Assembly: GCA_964346415.1 (NCBI GenBank)
Contig: CAYFUQ010000005.1
Span: 1,720 to 65,719 of the forward strand
Direction: 5' to 3'
Source: an uncultured Proteiniphilum sp.
GTDB lineage: Bacteria > Bacteroidota > Bacteroidia > Bacteroidales > Dysgonomonadaceae
DNA length: 64,000 nt
Under the pieces are notes generated by a model, which was not told where the DNA came from, searched no databases, and worked only from the letters and a program-made list of their open reading frames with translations. The position numbers were made by a program, and so were the translations under genes. Positions 20,945 through 33,100 of the stretch are shown piece by piece. Position 1 is the stretch's first letter. Each line of letters begins with the position of its first letter.

Positions 20945-21550
20945 ATGGCAAGATATACTGGTCCAAAATCAAAAATCGCCCGTAAGTTTGGCGAACCAAT
21001 ATTCGGTCCCGATAAAGTACTTTCCAAAAAGAATTACCCACCGGGGCAACATGGAAACTCACGACGCAGAAAAACTTCTGAGTATGGAATTCAATTGCGT
21101 GAGAAACAACGTGCAAAATACACTTACGGTGTCTTAGAAAAACAATTCCGTTTGACTTTCGAGAAGGCATCTCGCAGCCGCGGCATTACCGGTGAGGTAC
21201 TGCTTCAACTTCTTGAGTCACGTTTAGACAATATTGTTTATCGCTTAGGAATTGCACCAACTAGAGCAGCAGCACGCCAGCTTGTTACTCATCGTCACAT
21301 TACTATAGATGGAAAAGTTGTAAATATACCATCGTATAGTGTGAAGGCCGGACAGATTATTGGTGTAAGAGAAAAGTCCAAATCATTAGAAGTTATTGCA
21401 AATGCACTTGCAGGCTTCAATCATAGCAAATATCCTTGGTTAGAGTGGGATAGTACCTCTCTTAGTGGAAAGCTTCTACACTTACCCGAAAGAGATAATA
21501 TACCCGAAAATATTAAAGAGCAGTTGATAGTAGAATTATATTCTAAATAA
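20945..21550 (+). CDS. rpsD: 30S ribosomal protein S4
   Basis: [21 protein letters not shown] start. 201 aa. S4 RNA-binding domain ([21 protein letters not shown]). Confidence 0.98.
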   Translation: MARYTGPKSKIARKFGEPIFGPDKVLSKKNYPPGQHGNSRRRKTSEYGIQLREKQRAKYTYGVLEKQFRLTFEKASRSRGITGEVLLQLLESRLDNIVYRLGIAPTRAAARQLVTHRHITIDGKVVNIPSYSVKAGQIIGVREKSKSLEVIANALAGFNHSKYPWLEWDSTSLSGKLLHLPERDNIPENIKEQLIVELYSK

Positions 21551-21557
21551 TAAATTC

Positions 21558-22559
21558 ATGGCAATATTAGCATTTCAAAGACCCGATAAAGTAATCATGA
21601 TTCAGGAGAATGACTTCTCCGGTAAATTCGAATTTCGTCCATTAGAACCAGGCTTTGGCGTTACCATTGGCAACGCCTTACGTCGCATTTTGCTTTCTTC
21701 TCTTGAAGGTTATGCAATAACATCGGTGAAAATCGAAGGCGTAGATCATGAGTTTGCTTCCATACCGGGTATCATAGAGGATGTGACAGCTATCATTTTA
21801 AATTTGAAGAAAGTTCGATTTAAAAGAAAGATAGAAGAGTTCGAGACTGAAAAGGTTAGCGTGCATATTTCAGGTGCCAGTGTTTTTAAGGCTGGAGATA
21901 TTAATAAGCAGCTTGCCGGATTTGAGGTATTAAATCCAGAACTTGAAATTTGTCATCTCGACAAGAAAGCTGAATTGCGCCTGGAACTAACTGTTAACAA
22001 AGGTCGTGGATATGTTCCGGCTGATATTAATCGTTCTATGTTGCCAGAAGAGGATGTACATACCATCGCAATTGATTCAATATATACTCCTATAAGAAAC
22101 GTCAAGTATGAGGTTGAAGACTATCGTATAGAGCAAAAAACTGACTACGAAAAGCTAGTTATAGAAATTGCTACTGATGGTTCCATTCATCCTAAAGAGG
22201 CGTTGAAAGAAGCTGCTAAAATTTTAATTCAACATTTTGCTCTTTTCTCTGATGAAGCAAAAATGATGGTTGAAACTGTAAGCTCCGATGCTATAGAAGA
22301 ATTTGATGAAGAGGTATTACATATGCGTCAGCTTTTAAAACGAAAGCTTGCCGATTTAAACCTATCTGTGCGAGCGCTTAATTGTCTAAAAGCAGCAGAA
22401 GTGCACACCTTAGGGCATTTGGTAACACACAACAAGAATGATTTATTAAAATTCAGAAATTTCGGTAAGAAATCTTTGTCAGAGCTTGAGGAATTGCTTG
22501 ATGAGTTAAACCTCGACTTCGCTATGGATATTTCGAAATATAAATTAGATAAAGAATAA
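21558..22559 (+). CDS. rpoA: DNA-directed RNA polymerase subunit alpha
   Basis: 333 aa. N-terminal [22 protein letters not shown] and C-terminal domain [12 protein letters not shown]. Confidence 0.98.
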   Translation: MAILAFQRPDKVIMIQENDFSGKFEFRPLEPGFGVTIGNALRRILLSSLEGYAITSVKIEGVDHEFASIPGIIEDVTAIILNLKKVRFKRKIEEFETEKVSVHISGASVFKAGDINKQLAGFEVLNPELEICHLDKKAELRLELTVNKGRGYVPADINRSMLPEEDVHTIAIDSIYTPIRNVKYEVEDYRIEQKTDYEKLVIEIATDGSIHPKEALKEAAKILIQHFALFSDEAKMMVETVSSDAIEEFDEEVLHMRQLLKRKLADLNLSVRALNCLKAAEVHTLGHLVTHNKNDLLKFRNFGKKSLSELEELLDELNLDFAMDISKYKLDKE

Positions 22560-22563
22560 CGTA

Positions 22564-23079
22564 ATGAGACATAATAAAAAGACAAATAATCTAGGTCGTA
22601 CAGCTGCACACAAACAGTCAATGATGTCAAATATGGCGTCTTCATTGATTATGCATAAACGCATCTTTACTACTGTGCCTAAGGCAAAGGAGCTGAGAAG
22701 ATTTGTAGAACCAATCATCACAAGATCTAAAGAAGATACTACAAGCTCACGCAGGATAGTTTTTAGCAAGCTTAAAAATAAGTATGCAGTAACAGAACTA
22801 TTTCAAAACGTATCTCAAAAGGTCGCAGAGCGTCCGGGCGGATATACTCGTATCATTAAAACGGGTTATCGTTTAGGCGACAATGCAGCAATGTGTTTTA
22901 TTGAGTTGGTTGACTACAACGAAAATATGCTTAAGGATTCCGATTCTACCAAGAAAAGAACCCGTCGCTCACGTCGTGGCAGAGGTTCCTCTGAAACTGC
23001 AGTTCAAACTAATGTTTCAGAATCTTCTTCACAGCAAGTATCGGAAGAGCAAACAAACCAAGCAGAAGATACTGAATAG
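22564..23079 (+). CDS. rplQ: 50S ribosomal protein L17, with about 50-aa charged/Ser-rich C-terminal extension
   Basis: [17 protein letters not shown] start, GGYTRI.K...R.GD.A. 171 aa. Confidence 0.96.
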   Translation: MRHNKKTNNLGRTAAHKQSMMSNMASSLIMHKRIFTTVPKAKELRRFVEPIITRSKEDTTSSRRIVFSKLKNKYAVTELFQNVSQKVAERPGGYTRIIKTGYRLGDNAAMCFIELVDYNENMLKDSDSTKKRTRRSRRGRGSSETAVQTNVSESSSQQVSEEQTNQAEDTE

Positions 23080-23219
23080 TTGTCTTCTGTTATTAACACC
23101 CGATAATGATAGGTCGTTAAACGAAATCGCTGAAGGGACATCAATAAAAGGCTAGAACTAAAGAACTAAGTCATGATGGAACAGAAGCGAAGCTGTGATT
23201 TTTAAAATGTTAAACATTA

Positions 23220-23260
23220 AGGAGGCGCCGCGAGTGATTCGTAGCGCCTTCTGCTTTTTA
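23220..23260 (+). terminator. Intrinsic terminator ending the ribosomal superoperon
   Basis: Stem AGGAGGCGC (23220-28) pairs with GCGCCTTCT (23244-52). An inner CGA/TCG stem is present. The hairpin is followed by GCTTTTTA. Confidence 0.7.
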
Positions 23261-23315
23261 TGTTTTAACCAAACATTTTCTAACCTTTGACTGTTTATAT
23301 GTAAAGTTTTAGGTT

Positions 23316-24557
23316 ATGAAAAAGAAAATTGTAGTTGTAGGCTGCGGTTTCGGTGGCTTACAGTTTGTAAAGCATTTAAAGAAACATACATTTGATATTC
23401 TAATTATAGATAAGGTTAATCACCACCAGTTTCCTCCACTGTTTTATCAGGTTGCATCTTCTCAAATAGAACCCTCATCTATTTCTTTTCCTATTCGAAA
23501 GATATTTCAAAATAGGGAGGACGTAAGAATACGTATGGGAGAAGCATTGTCAGTTGATTCAGATAACCATATTTTAAAGACATCTATTGGAAACTTTGAG
23601 TATGATTATTTAATCATATCTACAGGTTCAAAAACTAACTTTTATGGCAGTAAGGCTATTGAGTCTAACTCATTAGGTCTTAAATCAACATACCAGTCTA
23701 TTAATATTCGGAATGAACTCCTCTCTAACTTTGAACAGCTTCTTTATAAAGAAGACAAAGAACCTTTTAGGAATATTGTAATTGTGGGTGGTGGTGCTAC
23801 AGGTGTAGAGCTGGCAGGTGCGTTTGTAGAGATTAAAAAAGATGTTTTGCCCAAGGACTACCCTAATATAGAGACAGATAAAGTGAATGTTTATCTTCTT
23901 GAAGGCGGAAAACATCTTCTCTCATCCATGAGTTCGTTTTCGCAAAATTATGCCGAGAAGTATTTACGAGAAATGGGTGTTGTTGTTAAAACTAACGTTG
24001 CGGTTCAAAATTATGATGGTGATACTTTGCATCTAAATAATGGTGAAGTAATACGTTCTAACTGCGTTGTATGGTCTGCAGGAATTACAGGCAATATGTT
24101 CGGTGGAATACCAGAGAACTCTGTTGTGCGTGGTAATAGGATAAGAGTTGATCGACAAAACCATATTGATGGGCTTGATAATGTATTTGCAGTTGGAGAT
24201 ATTGCGTATATGGAAACAGATAAATATCGTAGCGGACATCCTCAGGTTGCCAATGTTGCAATAGGACAAGGCAAAAACTTAGCTAAAAATATAAACTCTG
24301 TTATTCTCGGACGCAACGGAGATAGGGCTTACGAGTATCGTAATCTTGGTGCAATGGCAACAGTTGGTCGAAATAAAGCTGTTGTTGATTTTCCTTTTAT
24401 TAGTTTAAAAGGATACTTAGCTTGGTTAATATGGATGTTCCTGCACCTGATGTTGATATTAAGTGTAAGGAATAAACTGATAATATTTATTAATTGGGCA
24501 TGGAATTATATAACACGAAACAGCTCTTTACGTTTAATACTAAAGGATGAAGACTGA
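23316..24557 (+). CDS. ndh: Type II NADH dehydrogenase (NDH-2) / FAD-dependent pyridine nucleotide-disulfide oxidoreductase
   Basis: 413 aa. Two dinucleotide folds (VVVGCGFGG and IVGGGATGVELAG), a GD motif (FAVGDIA), and a hydrophobic C-terminal anchor. Confidence 0.8.
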   Translation: MKKKIVVVGCGFGGLQFVKHLKKHTFDILIIDKVNHHQFPPLFYQVASSQIEPSSISFPIRKIFQNREDVRIRMGEALSVDSDNHILKTSIGNFEYDYLIISTGSKTNFYGSKAIESNSLGLKSTYQSINIRNELLSNFEQLLYKEDKEPFRNIVIVGGGATGVELAGAFVEIKKDVLPKDYPNIETDKVNVYLLEGGKHLLSSMSSFSQNYAEKYLREMGVVVKTNVAVQNYDGDTLHLNNGEVIRSNCVVWSAGITGNMFGGIPENSVVRGNRIRVDRQNHIDGLDNVFAVGDIAYMETDKYRSGHPQVANVAIGQGKNLAKNINSVILGRNGDRAYEYRNLGAMATVGRNKAVVDFPFISLKGYLAWLIWMFLHLMLILSVRNKLIIFINWAWNYITRNSSLRLILKDED

Positions 24558-24645
24558 AGTAGCAATTTAGCCATACTTTGAGGTCTGCACTTAGAGTTGA
24601 TCTTCCAAATTAAATTCTTAATTTTGTAATGACAATATTGAACAG

Positions 24646-25359
24646 ATGAGAAGTTTTAAGAAAATAAGCTACATAGTCATATCTATTCTACTGTTATTTC
24701 TGGCAGTTTATATATATTCTTTATTTTTCAGACCGGCTGCCTCTGGAATGACCAATGGTACAACGCTGATGTTATTGGGTTTTGTTTTTGGAGGAATTAT
24801 TGTTTTTCTCTTGTTTAAATTACGGCAGAAATCTCAACCTACCCAGAGTGTGAGTTCTCATACCGTTGTTGAGAGTATGAGAAGAGTTTTTAAGATTGTC
24901 TTTGCAGAAGGACAGTTCCAAGAGATTCTTAATTACAAAGATAGTAGGAAATTACTTAAATTTATTCCCGCAACTAAAAAGGCATTGGTGATTATCAGAG
25001 CAAAAGTATTAGTAGGCTATAACTTTGAAAAATGTAGATGGGAGCTTGATGAAGAAAGTAAAACGATAAAGATTACTTACTTCCCTGAACCGGAAATACT
25101 TTCAATTGAACCCGATTTTAATTATTATCAGATTGAGGAAGACCTTTTTAGTGTATTCAATCGTTATGATTTGGAGAAAATTCAGCAAGAAGGTAAAAAA
25201 CAGATAGAAAATGCTGCTCTTCAAAGTGGTCTTAAACAGATTGCTGCTGATCAAATGCAAACAGTGCTTACTGAGGTACTTACTGCCAATCAATGGAGAA
25301 TTGAAAATCCGGAAATACTAACTTTGCCATATTATATTGAAACCAATCAAGAGAATTAA
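24646..25359 (+). CDS. DUF4230-like membrane protein
   Basis: 237 aa. Two N-terminal TM helices, then a pattern resembling DUF4230 (VLVGYNFEKC.W..DEESKTIKITYFPEPEILS). No function is known. Confidence 0.5.
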   Translation: MRSFKKISYIVISILLLFLAVYIYSLFFRPAASGMTNGTTLMLLGFVFGGIIVFLLFKLRQKSQPTQSVSSHTVVESMRRVFKIVFAEGQFQEILNYKDSRKLLKFIPATKKALVIIRAKVLVGYNFEKCRWELDEESKTIKITYFPEPEILSIEPDFNYYQIEEDLFSVFNRYDLEKIQQEGKKQIENAALQSGLKQIAADQMQTVLTEVLTANQWRIENPEILTLPYYIETNQEN

Positions 25360-25401
25360 TATTTGATTGTTGATATTGAATATGTGCTCCTGATAATTTT
25401 G

Positions 25402-28400
25402 TTACTTATTGTTTGTCAAAGTTTTTATATAGTGGCTAGGAGTCATGTCAAATTTTTGTTTAAAGCATTTTGTGAAATATTTTGGATCGGTAAAACCAAC
25501 CATAAAAGCAACCTCTTTAATTGTATGCTTTTGTAAAGATAGAATCTTACTTGCTTCCTGTATTTGTATGTCTCTTTTGAATTCTATTGGAGAAAACCCG
25601 GTAAGACCTTTAATCTTTTTGTAGAAAACAGTTCGGCTCATGCCGAGGTCAACAGCTATATCTTCGACCATTAGATCAAAGTTACTCATGTTAGTTAAAA
25701 TGAAATTTGTTACATCTTCAATAAACCTGGAGTCAGTTTCGTTTATATTAGACTCTATGTTAACACTGTCAGTATTTGTGGAAATGACTATTGGTTCTCG
25801 TACTATACCTTTGCTTCTGTAATACTCTTGTATATTTTCACGTCTTTTGATGAGGTTTTCAATTCTTGCTTTCAAATATGAAACGCTGAAAGGCTTTGTC
25901 AAGTACTCATCTGTTCCGGACTTAAATCCATCAATTATGTCAATGTCAGAGGTTTTTGCTGTAAGCAATAGGAAAAGGATATGACTTGTGGCAATATTAT
26001 TTCGGATATTGTGAAGAAATTCAATACCATCCATTTCCGGCATCATGATATCGCTAATTATAAAATCAGGAATTACTTCAAGTGCTTTGTTCAGTCCCTC
26101 TTTCCCATTTTCTGCCTCTATCATATTATACTCTTTTTCAAGAGCTGTAATGATAAAGTGCCTTAAGTCATTATCATCCTCTACAATTAGTATTGTTGGT
26201 CTATTTTTAGGTTCTGATGACTTAGGTTCAATATACGCTTCTTCAAGTTTGTCATATGTCTTCGTTGTTTTAACTTCAGCAGTCTCTTTTATTAGGACAT
26301 CTTGGCTAAAATGAGATGTACCTTTATGGAAAAATAATGAAAAAGTGGTGCCGATATCTGATTCACTCTCTACAAATATTCTAGCGTTATGTTTGTCCAT
26401 TAATTCCTTTACTATTGAAAGTCCTATACCTGTACTGGGCTTGCTTTTGTCTTCATTAAATGATTCAAAGCGCTTGAAAAGACGGGGCAGTTTTTCTTTT
26501 GAAATACCCATTCCCTGGTCTTTTATTTTGATAATGACAAAATCATTGTCTTCATTTATTTCAACATTAATTGCTTTTCCTTTTGGAGTATATTTGAATG
26601 CATTTGATAACAGGTTAATTAAAATCTTCTCCAACGCATCTGCATCTGCCCAAACATTTACATTGGGTGCGTTGTTTTTTACCTTAAATATGATATTGTC
26701 CTTTTCTGCAATTTTTATAAATCCTTCGCAAATGTCTTCAGCAAAAACTCCAATCTCTATTTTACTAACTTCTATTAATTCTTTTTCAATTTTTCTGAAA
26801 TCCAGAATTTGATTAACCATTGTAAGAAGTCTTCCTGTATTCTTTGACACTAAAGTGAGCTGATCTTTGATGTTTCTTGGTGTCGCCTCGTCTTTTATGA
26901 TGTTTTCAACTGGAGATACAATCATTGTGAGTGGAGTTCGTATCTCATGTGATATGTCAGTGAAAAACTTCGATTTTAACTCTGATTCTTTACGCTCAAG
27001 TTCAGCTTGTTGACGAATTGTATAAAATGTGATCAAAAATCTAAATGCATAAAATATCGAAACTGCCAGAAGTACAAAATAAATAAAGTAAGCCCACCAG
27101 GTTCTCCAAATAGGAGGTAGCACTTCAATGGACAGAGCTCGTTCATTATCGCTCCATATTCCGTTGCTGTTGGTTGACATCACTTTGAAAATATATTTAC
27201 CACGCGAGAGATTAGTATAGTTTGCTGTGCGTAATTTATTGTTGTATATCCAATCTTTGTCAAATCCTTCCAGTTTATACGCATAATTTATATTATTCGG
27301 CTCCTCATAGTCGAGTCCGGCAAATTCAATAGTGAAAAAGTTTTGATTGTATTTAAGCGTAATTTCTTTGGTGTCATCAATGTTTTGTTTCAGCAGACTC
27401 TTGTTGTTAACAGGAACCACACGATTAAATAGCCTAAAATCGACCAATGCGAGATATGGATTGTATGAATTATTGCTCAAATCACCGGAGTCAAAATATA
27501 AAACCCCCTTAGATGTGCCAAATAGAATTTTGCCATCTTTGAGCAGACACCTAGACCCCTCAGAGAAGTTCTGCTGTTTCATTAATCGTTTAATTTGGCT
27601 GAAGTTTTCAAAAATCTCGGTTTGTTGATTGAGTCTGGTTATACTACCTTCAGAGCTAATTAATAAATTTCCCTGAATGTCTTCAACTACAGATAGGGTT
27701 ACTTTTGATGGTAGTCCATCATGAGTTGAATAGGTTTTGAACTTGAGAGGAAAGCCTTTGCTATCAGTTTCAGTAACTCTACTTATACCACCTCCAAAAA
27801 CTGATATAAATGTTTCTCCATTACGCGTCGTGCAAATATCGAAAATATCATTTGCCTTTAATGAGTAATCATTATTTTGAGCATAATGCTCTCGGAATTC
27901 TATTTCTTTCGGTTCATTAAAATCAGATGACATTACTAACAAGCCTAGGGTGCTTCCAATGAATATATTCCCATTCTTATCAGAGGAAATAATTCTAACT
28001 TGCGAGCCGGTCTCTATTGGATAATTTATTAGTTTGTTTTTATAGTTGATGAATGTTACAGAGTCGTTGTCTTGCTCAACCAAGTTTACTCCTCCACCAT
28101 AAGTGCCAATCCACATTCTTTTGAATTTGTCTTCAAATATAGAATATACATTGTTGTCGCTGAGTGCATAAATGTTTGTTTTTGAGCTTTTGAAATTTTT
28201 GATGTGGTATGTTTTATCTCTTTTGGGTGTGAGCTTGTAAACTCCTTCTCCTTTTGTTCCTATCCAAATGTTTTTGTATGAATCTTCCGTAATGCAGTAA
28301 GCCACACCCTTAAAATTGCTATCCTTCCCAATATTTCCTTCACTATTCAGATATCCTATATGCTCGAGTTCCTCGTTATAAAGATGAATTTTTCCATCTT

Positions 28401-29796
28401 TTGTTCCTATCCAAATGTTATTCTCACTATCCTGGAAGATTGGGCGAGCATCATTGGCTACCGTCGACTTTATTTGAGAACTTGTATGTAGAGTTTTAAT
28501 GTTTTTATCAAAAAAAGTAATTTTCTCTAAGCCATGTGATCGTGTTCCCATCCATAAATTACCCTGACGGTCACTAAATGCAGAGTGCAGAACGTTAGAA
28601 AAAAGCCAATCACTGCTATGGGGCTCATTGAAAAAAGGCATAAGTTTGTCATTAACGCGATCATAATACCCAAATCCACCACCACGAGGGTGTATCCAAA
28701 GCTGTTTGTTGACATCTTCGAAAATGAAGAAATTAGGTTCAAAAACACTAATTTCAATACTTTCAATTTTTGGTGTGTAATGTGATATAGAGTTAGTGTG
28801 GCTATTGAATTTACTGACTCCTGCCCTATCAGTTTCAAACCATGTATTGCCCAGAAAGTCTATATAGGTATTGAATATTATGTTTGAATTTAAATCCTTG
28901 TGAGTATTAGTATTAAAGTATTCGAAAGACTTGTTTATGATATTGAAAACCATAAATCCTGAATCTTTTGCAATTATTAGTATTTTGTCGTCAGAAATTT
29001 TGTGAAGTGATAAAATTTGAGAGTTAATATCAGATGTGATTTGTTTTATTCTTTCATCGTCGTAACTATAAACCCAAATTGTACCGTTATTGCTCCCAAA
29101 CCACATTTCATGATCCATCTGCAAGGCGCAGTATACCGGATAGTCTTTTTTAGGAAAATAATCTGAATCGTTATTCAAAAAAAGTTTTGATTCGTTTTTA
29201 GAATCTAAAAGCAATATTCCTTTGTTTGTCAAAATCCAGTTGTTGGTTTTATTGTCCTCAACTATGTCATATATTATATCGTCAGGAAGAAAATTATTAG
29301 ATGTGTTGCATACTCTTGCATTGGCTAATGAGTCTGATATATAAATACAACCGTTGTTTTCTGACAATAACCATACTTTGCCACTTTCTTGTGGTATAAC
29401 TCGTGTTGTGTAGAATGTTTTATTGTCTAATCCTGCGTCAATACTTTTAAAGATTTCGGTTTTAGGATTGTACCTGTAAACCATGTGATCGTAAAAAACC
29501 ACCCAAATATTCCCATATTTATCCTCATATATTTTGTCAATTCTGTTACTTTTAGAACTTGTGTCTTTATCATTCGGGAGTTTTATTGTTTCAAAATTAT
29601 ATCCATCAAATTTAGCCAATCCATCCCAGGTGCTAAACCACATAAAGCCTTTTCTGTCTTGCAATATATCCATAATATTACTTTGAGGTAAACCATCTTC
29701 CGATCCATAGTGCTGGAAAGAGCAATCGAGTTGTGCAGATAACGGAAACACCGTAATGAGTATATATAACAATATTAGGTTTAATACTTTATTCAT
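25402..29796 (-). CDS. Hybrid two-component system sensor kinase / response regulator with AraC HTH (PUL regulator)
   Basis: The track start at 29805 is GTG; the ATG at 29796 gives MNKVLNL... with a signal peptide. The protein has a long periplasmic repeat region and a TM (WWAYFIYFVLLAVSIFYAF). It then has the H-box FFTDISHEIRTPLT, an HATPase domain, a receiver domain (ILIVEDDNDL) and a C-terminal AraC-type HTH. It is divergent from susC. Confidence 0.92.
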   Translation of the reverse strand: MNKVLNLILLYILITVFPLSAQLDCSFQHYGSEDGLPQSNIMDILQDRKGFMWFSTWDGLAKFDGYNFETIKLPNDKDTSSKSNRIDKIYEDKYGNIWVVFYDHMVYRYNPKTEIFKSIDAGLDNKTFYTTRVIPQESGKVWLLSENNGCIYISDSLANARVCNTSNNFLPDDIIYDIVEDNKTNNWILTNKGILLLDSKNESKLFLNNDSDYFPKKDYPVYCALQMDHEMWFGSNNGTIWVYSYDDERIKQITSDINSQILSLHKISDDKILIIAKDSGFMVFNIINKSFEYFNTNTHKDLNSNIIFNTYIDFLGNTWFETDRAGVSKFNSHTNSISHYTPKIESIEISVFEPNFFIFEDVNKQLWIHPRGGGFGYYDRVNDKLMPFFNEPHSSDWLFSNVLHSAFSDRQGNLWMGTRSHGLEKITFFDKNIKTLHTSSQIKSTVANDARPIFQDSENNIWIGTKDGKIHLYNEELEHIGYLNSEGNIGKDSNFKGVAYCITEDSYKNIWIGTKGEGVYKLTPKRDKTYHIKNFKSSKTNIYALSDNNVYSIFEDKFKRMWIGTYGGGVNLVEQDNDSVTFINYKNKLINYPIETGSQVRIISSDKNGNIFIGSTLGLLVMSSDFNEPKEIEFREHYAQNNDYSLKANDIFDICTTRNGETFISVFGGGISRVTETDSKGFPLKFKTYSTHDGLPSKVTLSVVEDIQGNLLISSEGSITRLNQQTEIFENFSQIKRLMKQQNFSEGSRCLLKDGKILFGTSKGVLYFDSGDLSNNSYNPYLALVDFRLFNRVVPVNNKSLLKQNIDDTKEITLKYNQNFFTIEFAGLDYEEPNNINYAYKLEGFDKDWIYNNKLRTANYTNLSRGKYIFKVMSTNSNGIWSDNERALSIEVLPPIWRTWWAYFIYFVLLAVSIFYAFRFLITFYTIRQQAELERKESELKSKFFTDISHEIRTPLTMIVSPVENIIKDEATPRNIKDQLTLVSKNTGRLLTMVNQILDFRKIEKELIEVSKIEIGVFAEDICEGFIKIAEKDNIIFKVKNNAPNVNVWADADALEKILINLLSNAFKYTPKGKAINVEINEDNDFVIIKIKDQGMGISKEKLPRLFKRFESFNEDKSKPSTGIGLSIVKELMDKHNARIFVESESDIGTTFSLFFHKGTSHFSQDVLIKETAEVKTTKTYDKLEEAYIEPKSSEPKNRPTILIVEDDNDLRHFIITALEKEYNMIEAENGKEGLNKALEVIPDFIISDIMMPEMDGIEFLHNIRNNIATSHILFLLLTAKTSDIDIIDGFKSGTDEYLTKPFSVSYLKARIENLIKRRENIQEYYRSKGIVREPIVISTNTDSVNIESNINETDSRFIEDVTNFILTNMSNFDLMVEDIAVDLGMSRTVFYKKIKGLTGFSPIEFKRDIQIQEASKILSLQKHTIKEVAFMVGFTDPKYFTKCFKQKFDMTPSHYIKTLTNNK

Positions 29797-30101
29797 AAAC
29801 TTCACATGAGCTTTGGTTTGCAGATACCCTATAATGGTAGCTTTTTAATTTTATAATTATCACAAATATACACAGATTAATAACATATTGTGTGCTTTAT
29901 AGCATAAAAACAATTTACCTACCCTTAAACAACAATTATTCCCCCTGTGATTTCATGACGATTGGTTAAAATTGTATTCTAATAGTCAACTATTTTAAAG
30001 AGATGTAGCTTTAATGTGCCCAAAGTGGCATTAGTGTGAAATATCGTAATGTTTATGTGATTTTTTTAGTATCTTAATAATAAATTCTAATTGAAAAACT
30101 T

Positions 30102-33100
30102 ATGTATAATGAGAAGAATGTAACTAGATTTTTGCTCGGTGTTCTATTCTTAATAGTAGGAACGACGAGTATTTTTGCACAAGATCGAAAGATTTCTGGA
30201 GTTGTTAAAGACAATTTTGGTGATCCGATTATTGGTGTGAATGTGATGGTAAAAGGTACCGCAATTGGTGCGGCTACCGATTTGGATGGGAATTATTCAC
30301 TTGATGTGCCGGCTAACGCTAAGACACTAGAGGTATCATACATTGGTATGAAAGATATTGAAGTTCCTATTACAGGAAGTGTAGTAAATATCACAATGGA
30401 GGAAGACATTGCAAGTCTGGATGAACTTGTGGTAGTGGGTTATGGGACAATGAAGAAGCGAGACCTTACAGGTTCAGTTTCCTCTGTTGGGGGTGAAAGC
30501 ATTTCAGCTGTTCCGGTTGCATCGGCGGTCGAAGCAATTACAGGGAAAATGGCAGGTGTACAGGTTACAACCACAGAAGGCTCTCCGGATGCAGAAATGA
30601 AAATTCGTGTACGCGGAGGGGGTTCTATCACACAAAGCAATGACCCTTTATTTATTGTCGATGGTTTCCCGGTTTCATCTATCTCTGATATAGCACCTTC
30701 AGATATAGAGTCTATTGATGTTCTAAAGGATGCTTCTTCAACTGCAATTTATGGATCTCGTGGAGCCAATGGTGTTATTATTGTTACTACCAAATCAGGA
30801 AAATCAGGAAAAGTAAGTGTTAGCTACAATGCATTTTATAGTACAAAGAAAATAGCAAAAACACTTGACGTTCTGGATCCATACGATTATGCCAAATGGC
30901 AATATGAGTTGGCTGCTTTGCAAGGATCCGCCAAAATGAATATCTATACATCATTTTTTGGTAATTATCAGGATTTAGACTTATATAAGAATATACCTAA
31001 CAACGATTGGCAGAATCTGACATTCGGAAGAACCGGAAAGGCATTTAATCAAAGTTTAAGTATTTCTGGAGGTAGTGAGAAAACACGATATGCGTTTAAC
31101 TATTCTTTTATGGATGATAAAGCAATCATGCAGAAGTCAAATTTCAACAGAAATAACTTAAGCTTGAAAATCAACAATAAGGTAAGTGATAAAGTGAGCC
31201 TTGACTTCAATGCACGCTATTCTGACACTAAGATTTATGGTGGTGGTGCAATTGATACTCAGAGTGCTTATGATTCAGACAGAAGACTGAAGTATTCTGT
31301 GATTTATACCCCAATTCCACTCAAAAATCTTGACGCAACTGTTGGTAGTGACGATGACGACATGGGAAATCTATATCATCCTCTTACAGCTATAGATGAC
31401 AATGATCGTGAGAAAGAACGTAGAACCTTAAATCTTGGGGGAAGTGTTTCTTACAAACCGATTAAGAATATGACTCTTAAGTCAGATGTTGGGTTAAATA
31501 ATGATTATCAGACAGATCAACGCTTTTGGGGATTGACTACATATTATATTAAGAATGTGCCTCAGACTCAGAATCAGGGAAAACCTGCTATACAGGTACA
31601 GAACCGTGACCGACAGACTTTAAGAAATACAAATACTCTTAATTATGATTTCAAGTCTTTATTACCTGAGGGACATGGCCTTTCTGCACTTATTGGGCAT
31701 GAATACATGATTACTAAAGGGAAGCTTCTAACAAGTACCGTACATGGTTTCCCGGAATCTTTCACTGCGCAAGAGGCGTGGAAGTTGTCTTCACAAGGAG
31801 AGCCATTCGAGGTAGATAACTATTATAGCGAAGATGATAAGTTGTTGTCATTTTTTGGTCGTGTAAACTATGACTATCAGAGCAAATATCTTTTGAGTGC
31901 AACTTTTAGAGCTGACGCTTCATCACGATTCTCAAAAGATAATCGCTGGGGTTACTTCCCATCAGCTGCAGCAGCATGGCGCTTGTCTTCTGAACCATTT
32001 ATGGAGCCTGCAGAGTCATGGCTGGAGGATTTGAAATTAAGATTTAGCTTTGGTACAGCAGGTAATAATAATATACCGACAGGTCAGCTACAGCAAATGT
32101 TTGCGCCTAGTGCAACGGCCTGGATCAATGGCTTTACAAGTTATTGGGCACCCTCAAAAACGATGGCTAATCCAGATTTGAAATGGGAAACAACAGTAAC
32201 CCGTAATATTGGTGTGGATTACTCAATTCTGAAAGGTAAAATTAGCGGAAGCTTTGAGGCCTATGTTAATTCAACAAAAGATTTATTGATTCAATTCCCG
32301 ATTCCTGGAACAGGTTACGATACCCAGTACAGAAATATGGGTGAAAATCAGAATCGTGGAGTTGAGGTTAGCATGAACTGGTATGCTGTGAATAAAAAGA
32401 ACTTTTCTCTCAGCTTTAGTGGTAATATAGGCTTTAATAAGTCAGAGATAAAAAGCCTTGGCGATATGGATGACTTTGGTTTTGCTTCTTCGTGGGCTTC
32501 TACTGAGATAGGCTTTGACTATTGGCTTGCTAAAGGCGGTTCAGTTGGTAAAATATATGGATACAGATCAGCAGGGCGTTACGAGGTTTCTGACTTTGAA
32601 GGGTATGACGCTGCAAAAAACGCCTGGATTCTTAAAGGAGATGTTGCAGACGCAGGTGCTGTTATAGGCACTGTCAGACCGGGAGCAATGAAATTGAAGG
32701 ATTTTAATGGGGATTATATCATAGATTCATCTGACACAGAGGTTATTGGTGATGTTAACCCGCTACATACAGGAGGATTCACAATAAACAGTAGAATCTA
32801 TGACTTTGATATTGCTGCAAACTTTAACTGGAGTTACGGCAACGATATCTATAATGCCAATAAGATAGAATTTACCCAAACAGGTAAATATCAGTTTAGA
32901 AACATGATTGATATTATGGAAGATGGTAGCAGGTGGACTAACTTGAGAGAAGATGGCACGATAAGCAACAACCCGGAGGAACTACAGGCAATGAATGCAA
33001 ACACTACAATGTGGTCTCCTTATACATCCAGAATGATACTTTCGGACTGGGCTGTTGAAGATGGAAGTTTCCTTAGACTGAATACGCTTACACTCGGTTA

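Noticed and set aside
23084-23187. 8-nt long-range complementarity (CTTCTGTT 23084-91 / AACAGAAG 23180-87) downstream of rplQ, possibly an sRNA or an L17 downstream element
   Set aside because: One 8-mer match is roughly what chance would give in a spacer of about 230 nt. I found no supporting inner helices. Only the terminator at 23220-23260 is convincing.
26345-26812. 155-aa ORF antisense to the HTCS gene. Similar antisense ORFs lie at 2142-2600, 41827-42228, 46416-46757, 48052-48456 and 57470-57916.
   Set aside because: All are embedded antisense in confidently called genes, are Ser/Leu/Ile-rich and lack recognisable domains. I treat them as shadow ORFs.
29806-30101. Imperfect inverted repeat (CACAAATAT ... 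ATATTGTG) and other short palindromes in the HTCS-susC divergent control region
   Set aside because: The arms are imperfect and short in very AT-rich DNA. I could not identify a clear TAnnTTTG box or a repeated operator, so I make no call.
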